Origin: a virus
Taxonomy: Duplodnaviria; Caudoviricetes
Virus record (IMG/VR): IMGVR_UViG_3300031972_000800
Coordinates: 1 to 53,947 of that record
Length of the DNA stretch: 53,947 nt
Reading direction: 5' to 3' (one strand)
In this document: positions 30,060-38,304 of the stretch, piece after piece
Numbering within the stretch: the first letter of the stretch is position 1
Layout: each line of letters opens with the position of its first letter
Position numbers and translations under genes: made by a program
The notes under the pieces: model-generated
Told to the model about the DNA's origin: nothing
The model's input: the letters and a program-made list of their open reading frames with translations, nothing else
Databases searched by the model: none

Positions 30060-30292
30060 TATTCCGTACCTCTGGTGGTGTGGATATTTGGAACGGCATT
30101 TGTCCACGACTTATCATAGTTTGCCTGCCTTACTAAAAAATCTTGCCACATAGGCTTAATCATTTTGTAGTTTTCCTCGACCCGATAAGACACAACAGCC
30201 AGATCCGATTTCATCACATAAAGTTGAGTTGAGCCCCAGCCCAAGAGTCCAACCACGATAACCGATGTTATATCCGAAAAACTCAACTTCAT
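30059..30292 (-). CDS. small membrane-anchored protein
   Basis: N-terminal hydrophobic helix followed by a coiled coil. Confidence 0.6.
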   Translation of the reverse strand: MKLSFSDITSVIVVGLLGWGSTQLYVMKSDLAVVSYRVEENYKMIKPMWQDFLVRQANYDKSWTNAVPNIHTTRGTE

Positions 30293-30296
30293 CACG

Positions 30297-30542
30297 TTAC
30301 CACATCTTGCACGACCAATAACGGGCCGTAAGTTTGTCCAGCTTTTTTGTATCACAACCATGCCTAGCCCGAAACGATTTCCTGCGCTTCGGGTTTGATT
30401 TCTTAATGGTCATGTTGGCGTCCCCGAAACGAATAATCTTCTCGGTGCCTTTGTCACAAGCCTTTACAACAAACTTCTTCCCGCCAGAAACTTGACGTTT
30501 GGGCTTGTTGCACTTCATCTTAGCCTTGTCGATCTTAGCCAT
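30297..30542 (-). CDS. small basic protein
   Basis: KIIRFGDANM...RRKSFRARH.C...ARYWSCKMW. Confidence 0.75.
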   Translation of the reverse strand: MAKIDKAKMKCNKPKRQVSGGKKFVVKACDKGTEKIIRFGDANMTIKKSNPKRRKSFRARHGCDTKKLDKLTARYWSCKMW

Positions 30543-30939
30543 AGGTTTTACGAAGATATAAAATTACAGTATAAGTATCCGCAGAAGTGTGGCCCACTGT
30601 GGTAAAGTTAATGTCCCCAGTTTTGCCGCTTCCAGAATTGTTGGTTAAACCTCCAAAAACCGTATAGTTATGATCACCACTTTGATTTTCACCAAGCTCA
30701 ATACAAAAAGCATCCGTAGTTGCATCCCACAGAATCTGCACTTTCATGCCGATGCACTGCCACCAGATACGTTCAATGGCAACCCCTGTGCAGGGATTGC
30801 CATCAGTATCAGTTTCCAACGCGCTTACGTCAACTTTAGTAACAGCAGATTCACCCGTGCCATCAGACACGTTGGTGAACTTAAAGGCCGCTGTTTTTCG
30901 CCCATCATAAATTTTTTGGGTCGTTACGGCGTCAGCCAT
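30535..30939 (-). CDS. virion structural protein
   Basis: Beta-rich; KFTNVSDGTGESAVTKVDVSAL; GAGGAG RBS. Confidence 0.7.
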   Translation of the reverse strand: MADAVTTQKIYDGRKTAAFKFTNVSDGTGESAVTKVDVSALETDTDGNPCTGVAIERIWWQCIGMKVQILWDATTDAFCIELGENQSGDHNYTVFGGLTNNSGSGKTGDINFTTVGHTSADTYTVILYLRKTYG

Positions 30940-30961
30940 GTTAGCTACTCCTCATGTTAGT

Positions 30962-31579
30962 TTAAGAAGCTACGTCATAGCCAGTGATTGTAATAACTAA
31001 TCTACCCGCTGTATAAGTAGCATCGGTTGTTGCCCCAGCGGTTAAGTAAAGATACTGATCCGCCGCAATATCGCCACCAGCAACTAGACTACCCGCTGCT
31101 AAATCACCTGAGTTGATAATCAAAGTCTCAGTTAAATCAGAAATAGGAGTATCCTCCACACCTGTAGCTTCAGTAGCAGAATGCAGGTTAATATCTGGAT
31201 CACCACCCGCTGGAGTCTCAAGGCACATCATAGTAACGCCGAACACCGTACCTTGGTTTGCCGTTGTAACGCGACCAATGTAAGCAACACCCGAACCGTC
31301 TTTACCAATGATGTCCCCAGCCGCAGTCGAGCGCAAACCAGTAAGGTCAATCAAAATAGTGGTTTTTACGATATTGACGTTTGTTGAAGTATCGCTTTTG
31401 AACCGCTCTACTTGTGTAACGTATACAGCCGCAGTTCCTTCGATGCCAGCACCGCCAGCAGCTTCAGTCGCCATTTTCGATCCGCTGGTAATCGTAATTT
31501 CACCAGTAGTCGCATTTTTAGATACAGTTTCAAAACCGTTTTCAGAACGCACTGGTCCTGAGAAAGTTGTATTAGCCAT
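30962..31579 (-). CDS. virion structural protein (post-capsid gene)
   Basis: MANTTFSGPVRSENGF N-terminus; AGGAG RBS before ATG 31579. Confidence 0.72.
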   Translation of the reverse strand: MANTTFSGPVRSENGFETVSKNATTGEITITSGSKMATEAAGGAGIEGTAAVYVTQVERFKSDTSTNVNIVKTTILIDLTGLRSTAAGDIIGKDGSGVAYIGRVTTANQGTVFGVTMMCLETPAGGDPDINLHSATEATGVEDTPISDLTETLIINSGDLAAGSLVAGGDIAADQYLYLTAGATTDATYTAGRLVITITGYDVAS

Positions 31580-31584
31580 GAAGA

Positions 31585-31632
31585 TCTCCTGTCTTGGCAA
31601 ATGTCAGCCGCACCGTGCGGCTGTCAGGGATA
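31585..31632 (-). ncRNA. structured element downstream of the capsid gene (Mu-gpT-DE-like candidate)
   Basis: Minus strand CCTGAC-AGCCGCA-CGG-TGCGGCT-GAC-ATTTGCC-AAGA-CAGG: an inner hairpin closed by CCTG/CAGG that overlaps the RBS. Confidence 0.5.
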
Positions 31633-31657
31633 AAAAAACCATACAGGAGAAATAGAC

Positions 31658-31686
31658 AAAAAGAAAGGGGCTACCGAAGTAGCCCC
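31658..31686 (-). terminator. intrinsic terminator after the major capsid gene
   Basis: GGGGCTAC-TTCG-GTAGCCCC followed by TTTCTTTTT. Confidence 0.9.
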
Positions 31687-31732
31687 CAGTTTGGGAGGAG
31701 GGTCATGAAACCCACCCAAACTATAGCACGTT

Positions 31733-32644
31733 TTACGCTCCGGGTGAACCGAATACTGCGCGTGGGTCGCTGAAGCCAAAGCTGTAGCGTTCACGAGCTT
31801 TAAAGCGCATGTTGCCAGTGTCGAAATCGGCTTCCATGTTTGTAGACAATGGAGTCCGTTCGAAGTGAACAAAGCCACGAGGCGCATCTGTTTTAATGAA
31901 AAACGCGTCAGGATCTGTCAGGAAATCATTGACGGCGTAACCGTCAGGTAACATCCCCATAGACCGGATAGCGTTTGTATCATTATCAGCAGTGCCAACG
32001 CGAAGGTTTGAAACCATCAAACGCTCTGCAACGAATTGCAGTTGACGCGGAATCATCAGTTTCATGCCACGAAGGGCAACCTTCAAACCACGCTCGTCAA
32101 CAAAACCTGCGATATTGATAAGGGCATCTTCAAGAGATGTCTCGTTCAAATCCGCAGCAGTTGATGGTTCGTTAGCAAATGTTCCACCGTTGGTTAACGG
32201 GTGGTCCGTCGCACAAAGCGCAACACCATCACCGCCAGCAGTCGCGCCAGCAGTAAATGCGTTGTTAAGAACCGCAGCGGCCTTAACTTGCTTTGTGTGT
32301 GCCATAGAACGAGCCAACGCACGAGTGTAACGCGAACCAAGACGATCATACAGATTGTCTTCGATAGCTTCCTCAGTAATAGAGAACGCTAGTGCGATAG
32401 TTTCGTGGTTGTAACGAGCAGTGTACGCCTCGTTAGCGTCGTCAAAGTTTACAGCAGAACCTTCCGATTTGGTTGGTGCCGCTCCGAACCCACTCAACAT
32501 AACTTCCTCTTCGAATGCTCGATCAGAAGATTCTGTTGTGTAGATCTCCGCGTGTTGGTTTTCGTACCTGTCGTACTCCATACCAAACAGCGCGTTGAGG
32601 CCCGGTTCTAGCTCTTTCGCTAGTTGTGCGCGAGAAATAGCCAT
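31733..32644 (-). CDS. major capsid protein (Mu gpT-like, HK97 fold)
   Basis: MAISRAQLAKELEPGLNALFG, ITEEAIEDNLY, RERYSFGFSDPR; strong GGAGG RBS; followed by a terminator. Confidence 0.9.
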   Translation of the reverse strand: MAISRAQLAKELEPGLNALFGMEYDRYENQHAEIYTTESSDRAFEEEVMLSGFGAAPTKSEGSAVNFDDANEAYTARYNHETIALAFSITEEAIEDNLYDRLGSRYTRALARSMAHTKQVKAAAVLNNAFTAGATAGGDGVALCATDHPLTNGGTFANEPSTAADLNETSLEDALINIAGFVDERGLKVALRGMKLMIPRQLQFVAERLMVSNLRVGTADNDTNAIRSMGMLPDGYAVNDFLTDPDAFFIKTDAPRGFVHFERTPLSTNMEADFDTGNMRFKARERYSFGFSDPRAVFGSPGA

Positions 32645-32657
32645 TCGTTAGACCTCC

Positions 32658-33302
32658 TTATACGCCCGTCGTAGAAACAGTGCCCGCAGCAATGGAGCCA
32701 GTCGGCGCATTGAAGTGGTTGTTTATACGAACGATTAATGGAATACCAGCAGCAGTGAAATCAGAATTATCGGGGTCATCTTGAACGCCCATAATTCTTA
32801 AAGCCAACGTGTTGGTGGTTGCAATGGTGTTTAAATCCGCTGTCGCAGAAGATATCCCCGTAGTAGTCGAACCACTGTTCCCTGTTGCAAACGCAATGTT
32901 TGAGAACACAGCGGCACGAATCTCTGCTTCAGTGTTTGCCGCAGCAACTACGTTGGACGTAGCAATTGTGAACAACTGATTTGGATCATCGTACAAAAAG
33001 GCTTTGACAGGGAAGTTAGAATCCGCGCCAGAACCGGGCCAAAAGTTCGAAAAGATTTTTTCACCAGTTGTTGACGAAACATACTCACAACCTCCGAAAA
33101 CTCCTACAATAGAGACATTCCCACCAGCCGCAGCTTGTAGGTCATCAATAACACCCCCAGCTAACGGGATAACCGCCATGCCTTGGAATATTGGATTAGA
33201 GTTGTCAGAAGCAATGCGGTATTCCGTCATTCCAGTGGAATTGGTCGATTGACCAATCTTTCCAATCGGTCGAAGACCGAAGGAACCATTAGAATTTGCC
33301 AT
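32658..33302 (-). CDS. capsid decoration/cement-like protein
   Basis: FGLRP N-terminus; immediately upstream of the capsid gene. Confidence 0.6.
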   Translation of the reverse strand: MANSNGSFGLRPIGKIGQSTNSTGMTEYRIASDNSNPIFQGMAVIPLAGGVIDDLQAAAGGNVSIVGVFGGCEYVSSTTGEKIFSNFWPGSGADSNFPVKAFLYDDPNQLFTIATSNVVAAANTEAEIRAAVFSNIAFATGNSGSTTTGISSATADLNTIATTNTLALRIMGVQDDPDNSDFTAAGIPLIVRINNHFNAPTGSIAAGTVSTTGV

Positions 33303-33330
33303 AATAAGCTCCTATTTACAGCAATTAAAA

Positions 33331-33789
33331 TTAATCGGAGTCTCTACGAGAACCTCCGAACGATACACGACTTTGCCGACTGTTTGTTATCGGCATTGAA
33401 GGATGTTGCTCCTTCATAAGGTCCTGATCTACCGCTGTCATTTGTTCGCGGGTTCTGCCCCCGTAATATGCAGTTCTTTCGTCCACTGTTTCAACAGGTA
33501 TACGGCACAGCATCAGTCCGCCTTGTCCGATCACACCCTCATATCGACCCTCGTCAATAGTAGGCGCTTCGTAGTTTGGATACTCATCTTTCCGGACAGG
33601 TTCCCATCCTTCTCGCAGCTTAGAGTTGACATTCATTTTGTCCTCTTCGCCACGCATTGCAACTCGTATCCAACGATGCACAAAGCCATCTGGGGCAGTA
33701 GGTGCAGCAAGGTGACTGGGCGGAGCCCAGGGTTTTCTGCGCGTTTCTGATTCGCGTGTTTCGCTTGCGCGAGGTTTTCTGTCAGCCAT
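33331..33789 (-). CDS. conserved head-module protein
   Basis: HRWIR...LREGWEPV...GGLMLCRIP; lies between scaffold and capsid genes. Confidence 0.72.
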   Translation of the reverse strand: MADRKPRASETRESETRRKPWAPPSHLAAPTAPDGFVHRWIRVAMRGEEDKMNVNSKLREGWEPVRKDEYPNYEAPTIDEGRYEGVIGQGGLMLCRIPVETVDERTAYYGGRTREQMTAVDQDLMKEQHPSMPITNSRQSRVSFGGSRRDSD

Positions 33790-33793
33790 AATA

Positions 33794-34693
33794 TTAATCC
33801 TTCACAAACTTTGCATATTCTTCAAGCGGTACATTAAGACGTTTCGCCATCGCTATTTGTGACGGTGATAGTTTAACCGACCTGCGCCCTGATTTGTTAC
33901 TGCGGGATGCTGAAGCAGCAGCAGATGCGACCTGTGCTCCACCCGATTTCTTCTTCGTCTCAAACTTATGAGGAAACTCAGTTCGTATGCGACGATCCAC
34001 TTCAGTGTAATACTCTTCCGTCTCCGGGTCAAACCCTTCCTCTTCTACGAGCTTACGATGAATACCAAATGCCGCATACGTCATAACTTCGTCTGCGCCA
34101 AACCAATCATTTTTTTCTGCCCAAGCCTGAGCTTTGGGATCCGGAGCCGGGGCCTGTTGTTGCGGAGGCTGCTGTTGTTGCTGTACCTGTTGCCTCTGTT
34201 GAGGCTGCTGTACCTTCTGCCTCTCAGCACGAGCTTTAGCCAAGTTATACTTGTCTTTCTCAACTGCAATTCTAGACATCGCCTCTTGAGCCTGGAACAT
34301 AGCGTCCGTATCGCCCGTCTCATGGGCTTGGCGATAAGCTTGTTTTACCGCCGCCTCTTGAGACTCTAAGCGATTTCCATACTCAACAAGATAGCCCTTG
34401 TCCAAATTATGCATCTGGCCTTTTAGCTGTTGGTTCTCCTGCAACAACTGTTGAGCCATTCGAACCGCCTCTTCGCGGTCACGCTCTTCTTTACGGTATT
34501 TCTCCGTAAGTTTTTTAATTCGAGATTGGACCTTGTTACTGTAGTTATCCAACTCGTCTTCTTGAACAGGTTCCGAAGCCTCTACCTTGACAGGGGCCTG
34601 CTCTTTTTCTACCTCCTGAGATTCTGAAATCTCAGGCTTATCCACTTCTACTTCTACACCCTCGTCCTCTACGAGATCTTGTTCTTCAGCCAT
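33794..34693 (-). CDS. capsid scaffolding protein
   Basis: Acidic coiled coil; C-terminal VKLSPSQIAMAKRLNVPLEEYAK. Confidence 0.75.
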   Translation of the reverse strand: MAEEQDLVEDEGVEVEVDKPEISESQEVEKEQAPVKVEASEPVQEDELDNYSNKVQSRIKKLTEKYRKEERDREEAVRMAQQLLQENQQLKGQMHNLDKGYLVEYGNRLESQEAAVKQAYRQAHETGDTDAMFQAQEAMSRIAVEKDKYNLAKARAERQKVQQPQQRQQVQQQQQPPQQQAPAPDPKAQAWAEKNDWFGADEVMTYAAFGIHRKLVEEEGFDPETEEYYTEVDRRIRTEFPHKFETKKKSGGAQVASAAASASRSNKSGRRSVKLSPSQIAMAKRLNVPLEEYAKFVKD

Positions 34694-34702
34694 TAGTGTC
34701 TC

Positions 34703-35191
34703 CTAAACCTGCTTAATGTCGTCGGGCTCTAAGATCGTAGCAATAACCTCATCGTCATTGATTATACGAACTTCGCCGCCGTCAATTTTAAATCGTGATC
34801 CCGAGTATCTACCGATACAGACCCACTGTCCCTCGGCGCACCAAGGTGATGCATCAGGGCCAAACTTGTCTGGATCTTTATACGCTAAAGGACCAATCTT
34901 TAAGACATACGCAACAACTGTGGCAACAGCTTCACGGTCCCTAATCTCATCTGGGATGTGCAAACCGCCTTGAGTCTTAGTCGCACCCTGATAAGGCATA
35001 ACCAACACACGCCAGCCTGTGGGCTGCGGAAGTCTTTCAAGCAAGGGTTTTTCTAAAAGAGAAGGATCTAAAACCTTCTCGGTGGTATCAACATATGCGC
35101 TACCAACAGCAGAAGACGCAGACGCTTTGTCTGTCTTCGTTTTGTTCATTTTCTGCGCGACATGTTCAGGAAGATATAAGGTCTTCGACAT
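34703..35191 (-). CDS. groES: phage co-chaperonin GroES
   Basis: PTGWRVLV...KTQGGLHIP...VLKIG...RYSG...RIINDDEVIA. Confidence 0.88.
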   Translation of the reverse strand: MSKTLYLPEHVAQKMNKTKTDKASASSAVGSAYVDTTEKVLDPSLLEKPLLERLPQPTGWRVLVMPYQGATKTQGGLHIPDEIRDREAVATVVAYVLKIGPLAYKDPDKFGPDASPWCAEGQWVCIGRYSGSRFKIDGGEVRIINDDEVIATILEPDDIKQV

Positions 35192-35378
35192 CGTCAGCGT
35201 GGTTCTCCAGCAGGGCTTTGATTTCCTCACGAGCGTAGGAGATGCCCCGTATTTCCCCTACCATGAGTTTATAATGCTCCCAGTCTTTAGCAGCATCCAT
35301 TCCCAGCGCACTTGCAATTTCTTGTTCGCGCTGATTAAGCAACTTATACATATATGTAGCAAAAGCAACAGCGTCCAT
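35166..35378 (-). CDS. hypothetical protein
   Basis: Coupled ORF; YKLMVGEIRG motif. Confidence 0.7.
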   Translation of the reverse strand: MDAVAFATYMYKLLNQREQEIASALGMDAAKDWEHYKLMVGEIRGISYAREEIKALLENHADDVEDLISS

Positions 35379-35860
35379 TAAAGAATATCTCTGCTACTGT
35401 GTTCTGTGCTTGATGTAATAGGTCCACCGGATACCCACGCATCACACACTCTATTCGACGCACATTTAAATTTTAAAAATTGACAATAGCCTAAATCACC
35501 CGCGTCTATACTGTCGTAAGGATCCGCAACATCGCTTTCACCAATTCCTTTTGCGATACAATTGAGTATCTCCGGAGTTTGATTAAACGCGGCGCAATTT
35601 CCGCAACGACTTTCAATAGCCGCGTCCACACTTGTTTTGAACGTCTTTGCTATCTTTTCCCAAAAATCGTTGTTTTCTCCAGTTTCATCCAACTCAGGAT
35701 TCAATGGGCCATACTGATATTCGTCTATAGCTTCTTGCCGATTTTCAATGTTCAACTTAATATCTTGGGTGGGGAGAGGGCATGAATCACCGCTCTCATC
35801 TGCCTCCATCTTGTCTACAGGCATTCCCTCCGGAAGAATTTTTATGACTATCGTGGTCAT
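35378..35860 (-). CDS. Cys-rich protein with HiPIP-like Cys pattern
   Basis: RCGNCAAF...GYC...KC...VCDAW. Confidence 0.65.
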   Translation of the reverse strand: MTTIVIKILPEGMPVDKMEADESGDSCPLPTQDIKLNIENRQEAIDEYQYGPLNPELDETGENNDFWEKIAKTFKTSVDAAIESRCGNCAAFNQTPEILNCIAKGIGESDVADPYDSIDAGDLGYCQFLKFKCASNRVCDAWVSGGPITSSTEHSSRDIL

Positions 35861-36117
35861 CAGTACGTCTCTCCGTCACCAAAGCCACTTGTCTGAGCCG
35901 CGCCGCATCCGCGAGCTCTACCACCGCTAAAAAACTTCTTGGGCTTCTTATCCAACATTTCTTCGAATATCTCAGGGTTTTTGCGAAGAAGTTTCTCCAC
36001 CTCTTGCGCTACCGCAGTCTGTCCTCCCGCGTTGCGGCTCTTCGAACCGCCCATCGCTTCGTCTCCTGTGGCACCCTTTAAAAACCGTTTTAGTTGTTCT
36101 TCTGTAAAACTCGCCAT
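35860..36117 (-). CDS. small protein with C-terminal FFSGG motif
   Basis: AGGAG RBS; coupled. Confidence 0.7.
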   Translation of the reverse strand: MASFTEEQLKRFLKGATGDEAMGGSKSRNAGGQTAVAQEVEKLLRKNPEIFEEMLDKKPKKFFSGGRARGCGAAQTSGFGDGETY

Positions 36118-36126
36118 AACAAGCTC

Positions 36127-36603
36127 CTAATCTATCAGTTCAAAATGGGGACCATCGATAAACGGACGACGACCCTGTGATCTGCGCAAATCTATATACG
36201 CGTTCATTGCTTCTTCCATTGTACCTTCCCACTTGCGAATGTCCATTGGATACGGCATTTCAGGTGTTCCCCACGCTGCGCCCCAGCAAATAGGAACATT
36301 TAGCTGGGTCGCCGCTTCTTTAATCGCATCGGCAAGATCATCATAAACCGAGAGTTCCCAACTCGCCCTCCCATTTATGAACGCCATGATATCGAAAGCC
36401 TTGCCCTCAAGGTGCTTAGACTTCATCGTCTGACTGGCCCCTTTAGCAACAAGCTCCTTCTGCTGCTCAATGGTTCTCATCCCCTGAACCACCCCGAAGT
36501 CGGTCTTGGTCAAAGTAATAGCCATCTTGATCACAGCCTGTAACCCGTCATCGATACCTTCAAGACGATCAAGGCTACGTCTGCTTAACTTAAACTCGCT
36601 CAT
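36127..36603 (-). CDS. endolysin, peptidase M15 (L-Ala-D-Glu peptidase type)
   Basis: G.RT.EQQ, SKH..GKAFD, WG..W, DGPHFEL. Confidence 0.9.
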   Translation of the reverse strand: MSEFKLSRRSLDRLEGIDDGLQAVIKMAITLTKTDFGVVQGMRTIEQQKELVAKGASQTMKSKHLEGKAFDIMAFINGRASWELSVYDDLADAIKEAATQLNVPICWGAAWGTPEMPYPMDIRKWEGTMEEAMNAYIDLRRSQGRRPFIDGPHFELID

Positions 36604-36604
36604 A

Positions 36605-36994
36605 TCATTTCCTTTTAAAAAAGGCTTGCGCCCCCCTCACACCAAAACTGGCTGAAATTGCAATTCCAAGGCTGTAAAAATACCAATCGGGCGCTTTGGA
36701 AAGCTGCGCAAACCCACGGTCAACCCAACCTTCTGCTCCCGGAATCCAGCATAAAATCAACGGGATAGACAAGATTACTACGAACCATTCGTCCTTCCAA
36801 CTGGATTTTGCACCCTCTGCCATAATGCGTTCCCAGTCTGCCACGCTTGTCTTTTCAGACAATAATATCTGGGCTTTCGCCTTCGCCTCAGTAAGTTTTA
36901 GCTCCGCTTCGGCTGCGTTTTTATCAGCCTTGCCCTGCAACCATGATCCAGCAAGATTGGCTATCGGTCCTAATGCCGCGGTAAAAATACTCAT
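36605..36994 (-). CDS. holin (multi-TM)
   Basis: SWKDEW, two hydrophobic helices, SFGVRG and a basic C-terminus; next to the endolysin. Confidence 0.75.
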   Translation of the reverse strand: MSIFTAALGPIANLAGSWLQGKADKNAAEAELKLTEAKAKAQILLSEKTSVADWERIMAEGAKSSWKDEWFVVILSIPLILCWIPGAEGWVDRGFAQLSKAPDWYFYSLGIAISASFGVRGAQAFFKRK

Positions 36995-37191
36995 TTTTCC
37001 GAACTCAACCAAACGGCTATCGTTCCCGTCATAGCCCCACTAACCACTGAAATCATCGCTGATTGTTGGGTTGATAAATCATCAAGCGTCATTCCCCAAT
37101 TAATTACGCGAATGTACATCACCATCATGACGAACATCATAATACGGGGCATCAAGCGGTATTGCAAAATCTTTTCAAAGGTATTTGCCAT
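36991..37191 (-). CDS. small 2-TM membrane protein (holin/antiholin-like)
   Basis: Two hydrophobic segments; in the lysis cluster. Confidence 0.65.
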   Translation of the reverse strand: MANTFEKILQYRLMPRIMMFVMMVMYIRVINWGMTLDDLSTQQSAMISVVSGAMTGTIAVWLSSEK

Positions 37192-37192
37192 G

Positions 37193-37450
37193 TTACACCT
37201 CTATGTTTAACTTCGTTCCCTGCGGTCGATCCGCATTAGTCTTGCGCCCAAACCTATCATAACTTTCCTGTAAGTCCAATCGTTGCTTTACAAGAGCCTC
37301 TAAATGGCTGTGATTGGCCCTGTGTTCTTTTTCTACCCTCTGCTCCACAAGATGCGTTTCTATGCGCTCACGGGCCCGCGTTTGGGCGTGTATGTCGCTT
37401 CCTACATTAAAAGGCATGTGCTGGCTTGCGCCCTGAATACCATCAGCCAT
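37193..37450 (-). CDS. hypothetical protein
   Basis: Coupled ORF. Confidence 0.65.
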   Translation of the reverse strand: MADGIQGASQHMPFNVGSDIHAQTRARERIETHLVEQRVEKEHRANHSHLEALVKQRLDLQESYDRFGRKTNADRPQGTKLNIEV

Positions 37451-37451
37451 T

Positions 37452-37934
37452 TTACCACCATCCTGCGCCTAAACCAGTCAGCCATGTGCCGCCGACTAAA
37501 ATAGCCGCCAACATAGAAAGCAGTAATATCAACAGCAGCATTTCAAAGAATGCTGCTTTGCGCTCCTGCTGACGATATAGCGTCTCTTCACGCTCTTTCT
37601 TAATCTTGCGCCGTAGCTCCACCATTTCGCGCCATGTGCCATAGCCAAAGCGATTGTTCAGCATTTGCTGCAAGTCTTTTTCCTGCTCTGCTAGCTTCTT
37701 TTGATGAATAATAATCTGTAAGGCTTCTTGCTCTACTGATCCAGAAGCAAACAGTTTAGTGAAAATTGGCGGGTTCTTGCGTTGTTGCTCTGCCCTGCCA
37801 AGATCCGCCGCAAAACCATACCACTTGCCAAGCTGACCAGCCACATCTTCCAGTTCACGGCCCGCGTAAACCATTTTACGAACAAGATTAAATGCCTGAG
37901 TGGCCCCCGCAATAGCTGTTACCGGATCTATCAT
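37452..37934 (-). CDS. coiled-coil protein with C-terminal TM anchor
   Basis: MIDPVTAIA N-terminus; hydrophobic C-terminus. Confidence 0.72.
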   Translation of the reverse strand: MIDPVTAIAGATQAFNLVRKMVYAGRELEDVAGQLGKWYGFAADLGRAEQQRKNPPIFTKLFASGSVEQEALQIIIHQKKLAEQEKDLQQMLNNRFGYGTWREMVELRRKIKKEREETLYRQQERKAAFFEMLLLILLLSMLAAILVGGTWLTGLGAGWW

Positions 37935-38107
37935 ACACGTTCACCCACCTTGGCTACAGGAGGACACCGATAATCATACGGTATCCGTACAATCCGCGGG
38001 TAATGATAGTAAAAATAAGAAACGTCTCTAGGACAGCGGTACACACACGCCTTGTACATGTCGCCGCCATGCATCCCCACCAACACTGCGGTGAGAGCGC
38101 ACAACAC
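37931..38107 (-). CDS. small Cys/Tyr-rich protein, 58 aa
   Basis: Hand translation from GTG: MLCALTAVLVGMHGGDMYKACVYRCP...YRCPP; TAGTG and ATGA couplings. Not in the ORF track. Confidence 0.65.
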   Translation of the reverse strand: MLCALTAVLVGMHGGDMYKACVYRCPRDVSYFYYHYPRIVRIPYDYRCPPVAKVGERV

Positions 38108-38304
38108 TAGAACTCTCCAACAAACCTCTGAGGTCGGGCTATCGGACTAAACCGCCTGTTCACCATACCGCCAGAAGAATATTTACTTTTACCCGCTTTG
38201 CTTAACGCAATAGCAACCGCTTGATCTTGCGGTTTCCCAGCAGCCATTTCTGTCTTGATGTTCTGGCTGATAACACCTTTAGATTTGCCTTCTTTTAGAG
38301 GCAT
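38107..38304 (-). CDS. small basic protein
   Basis: MPLKEGKS...ISQNI...[11 protein letters not shown]; C-terminal YSSGG motif. Confidence 0.75.
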   Translation of the reverse strand: MPLKEGKSKGVISQNIKTEMAAGKPQDQAVAIALSKAGKSKYSSGGMVNRRFSPIARPQRFVGEF

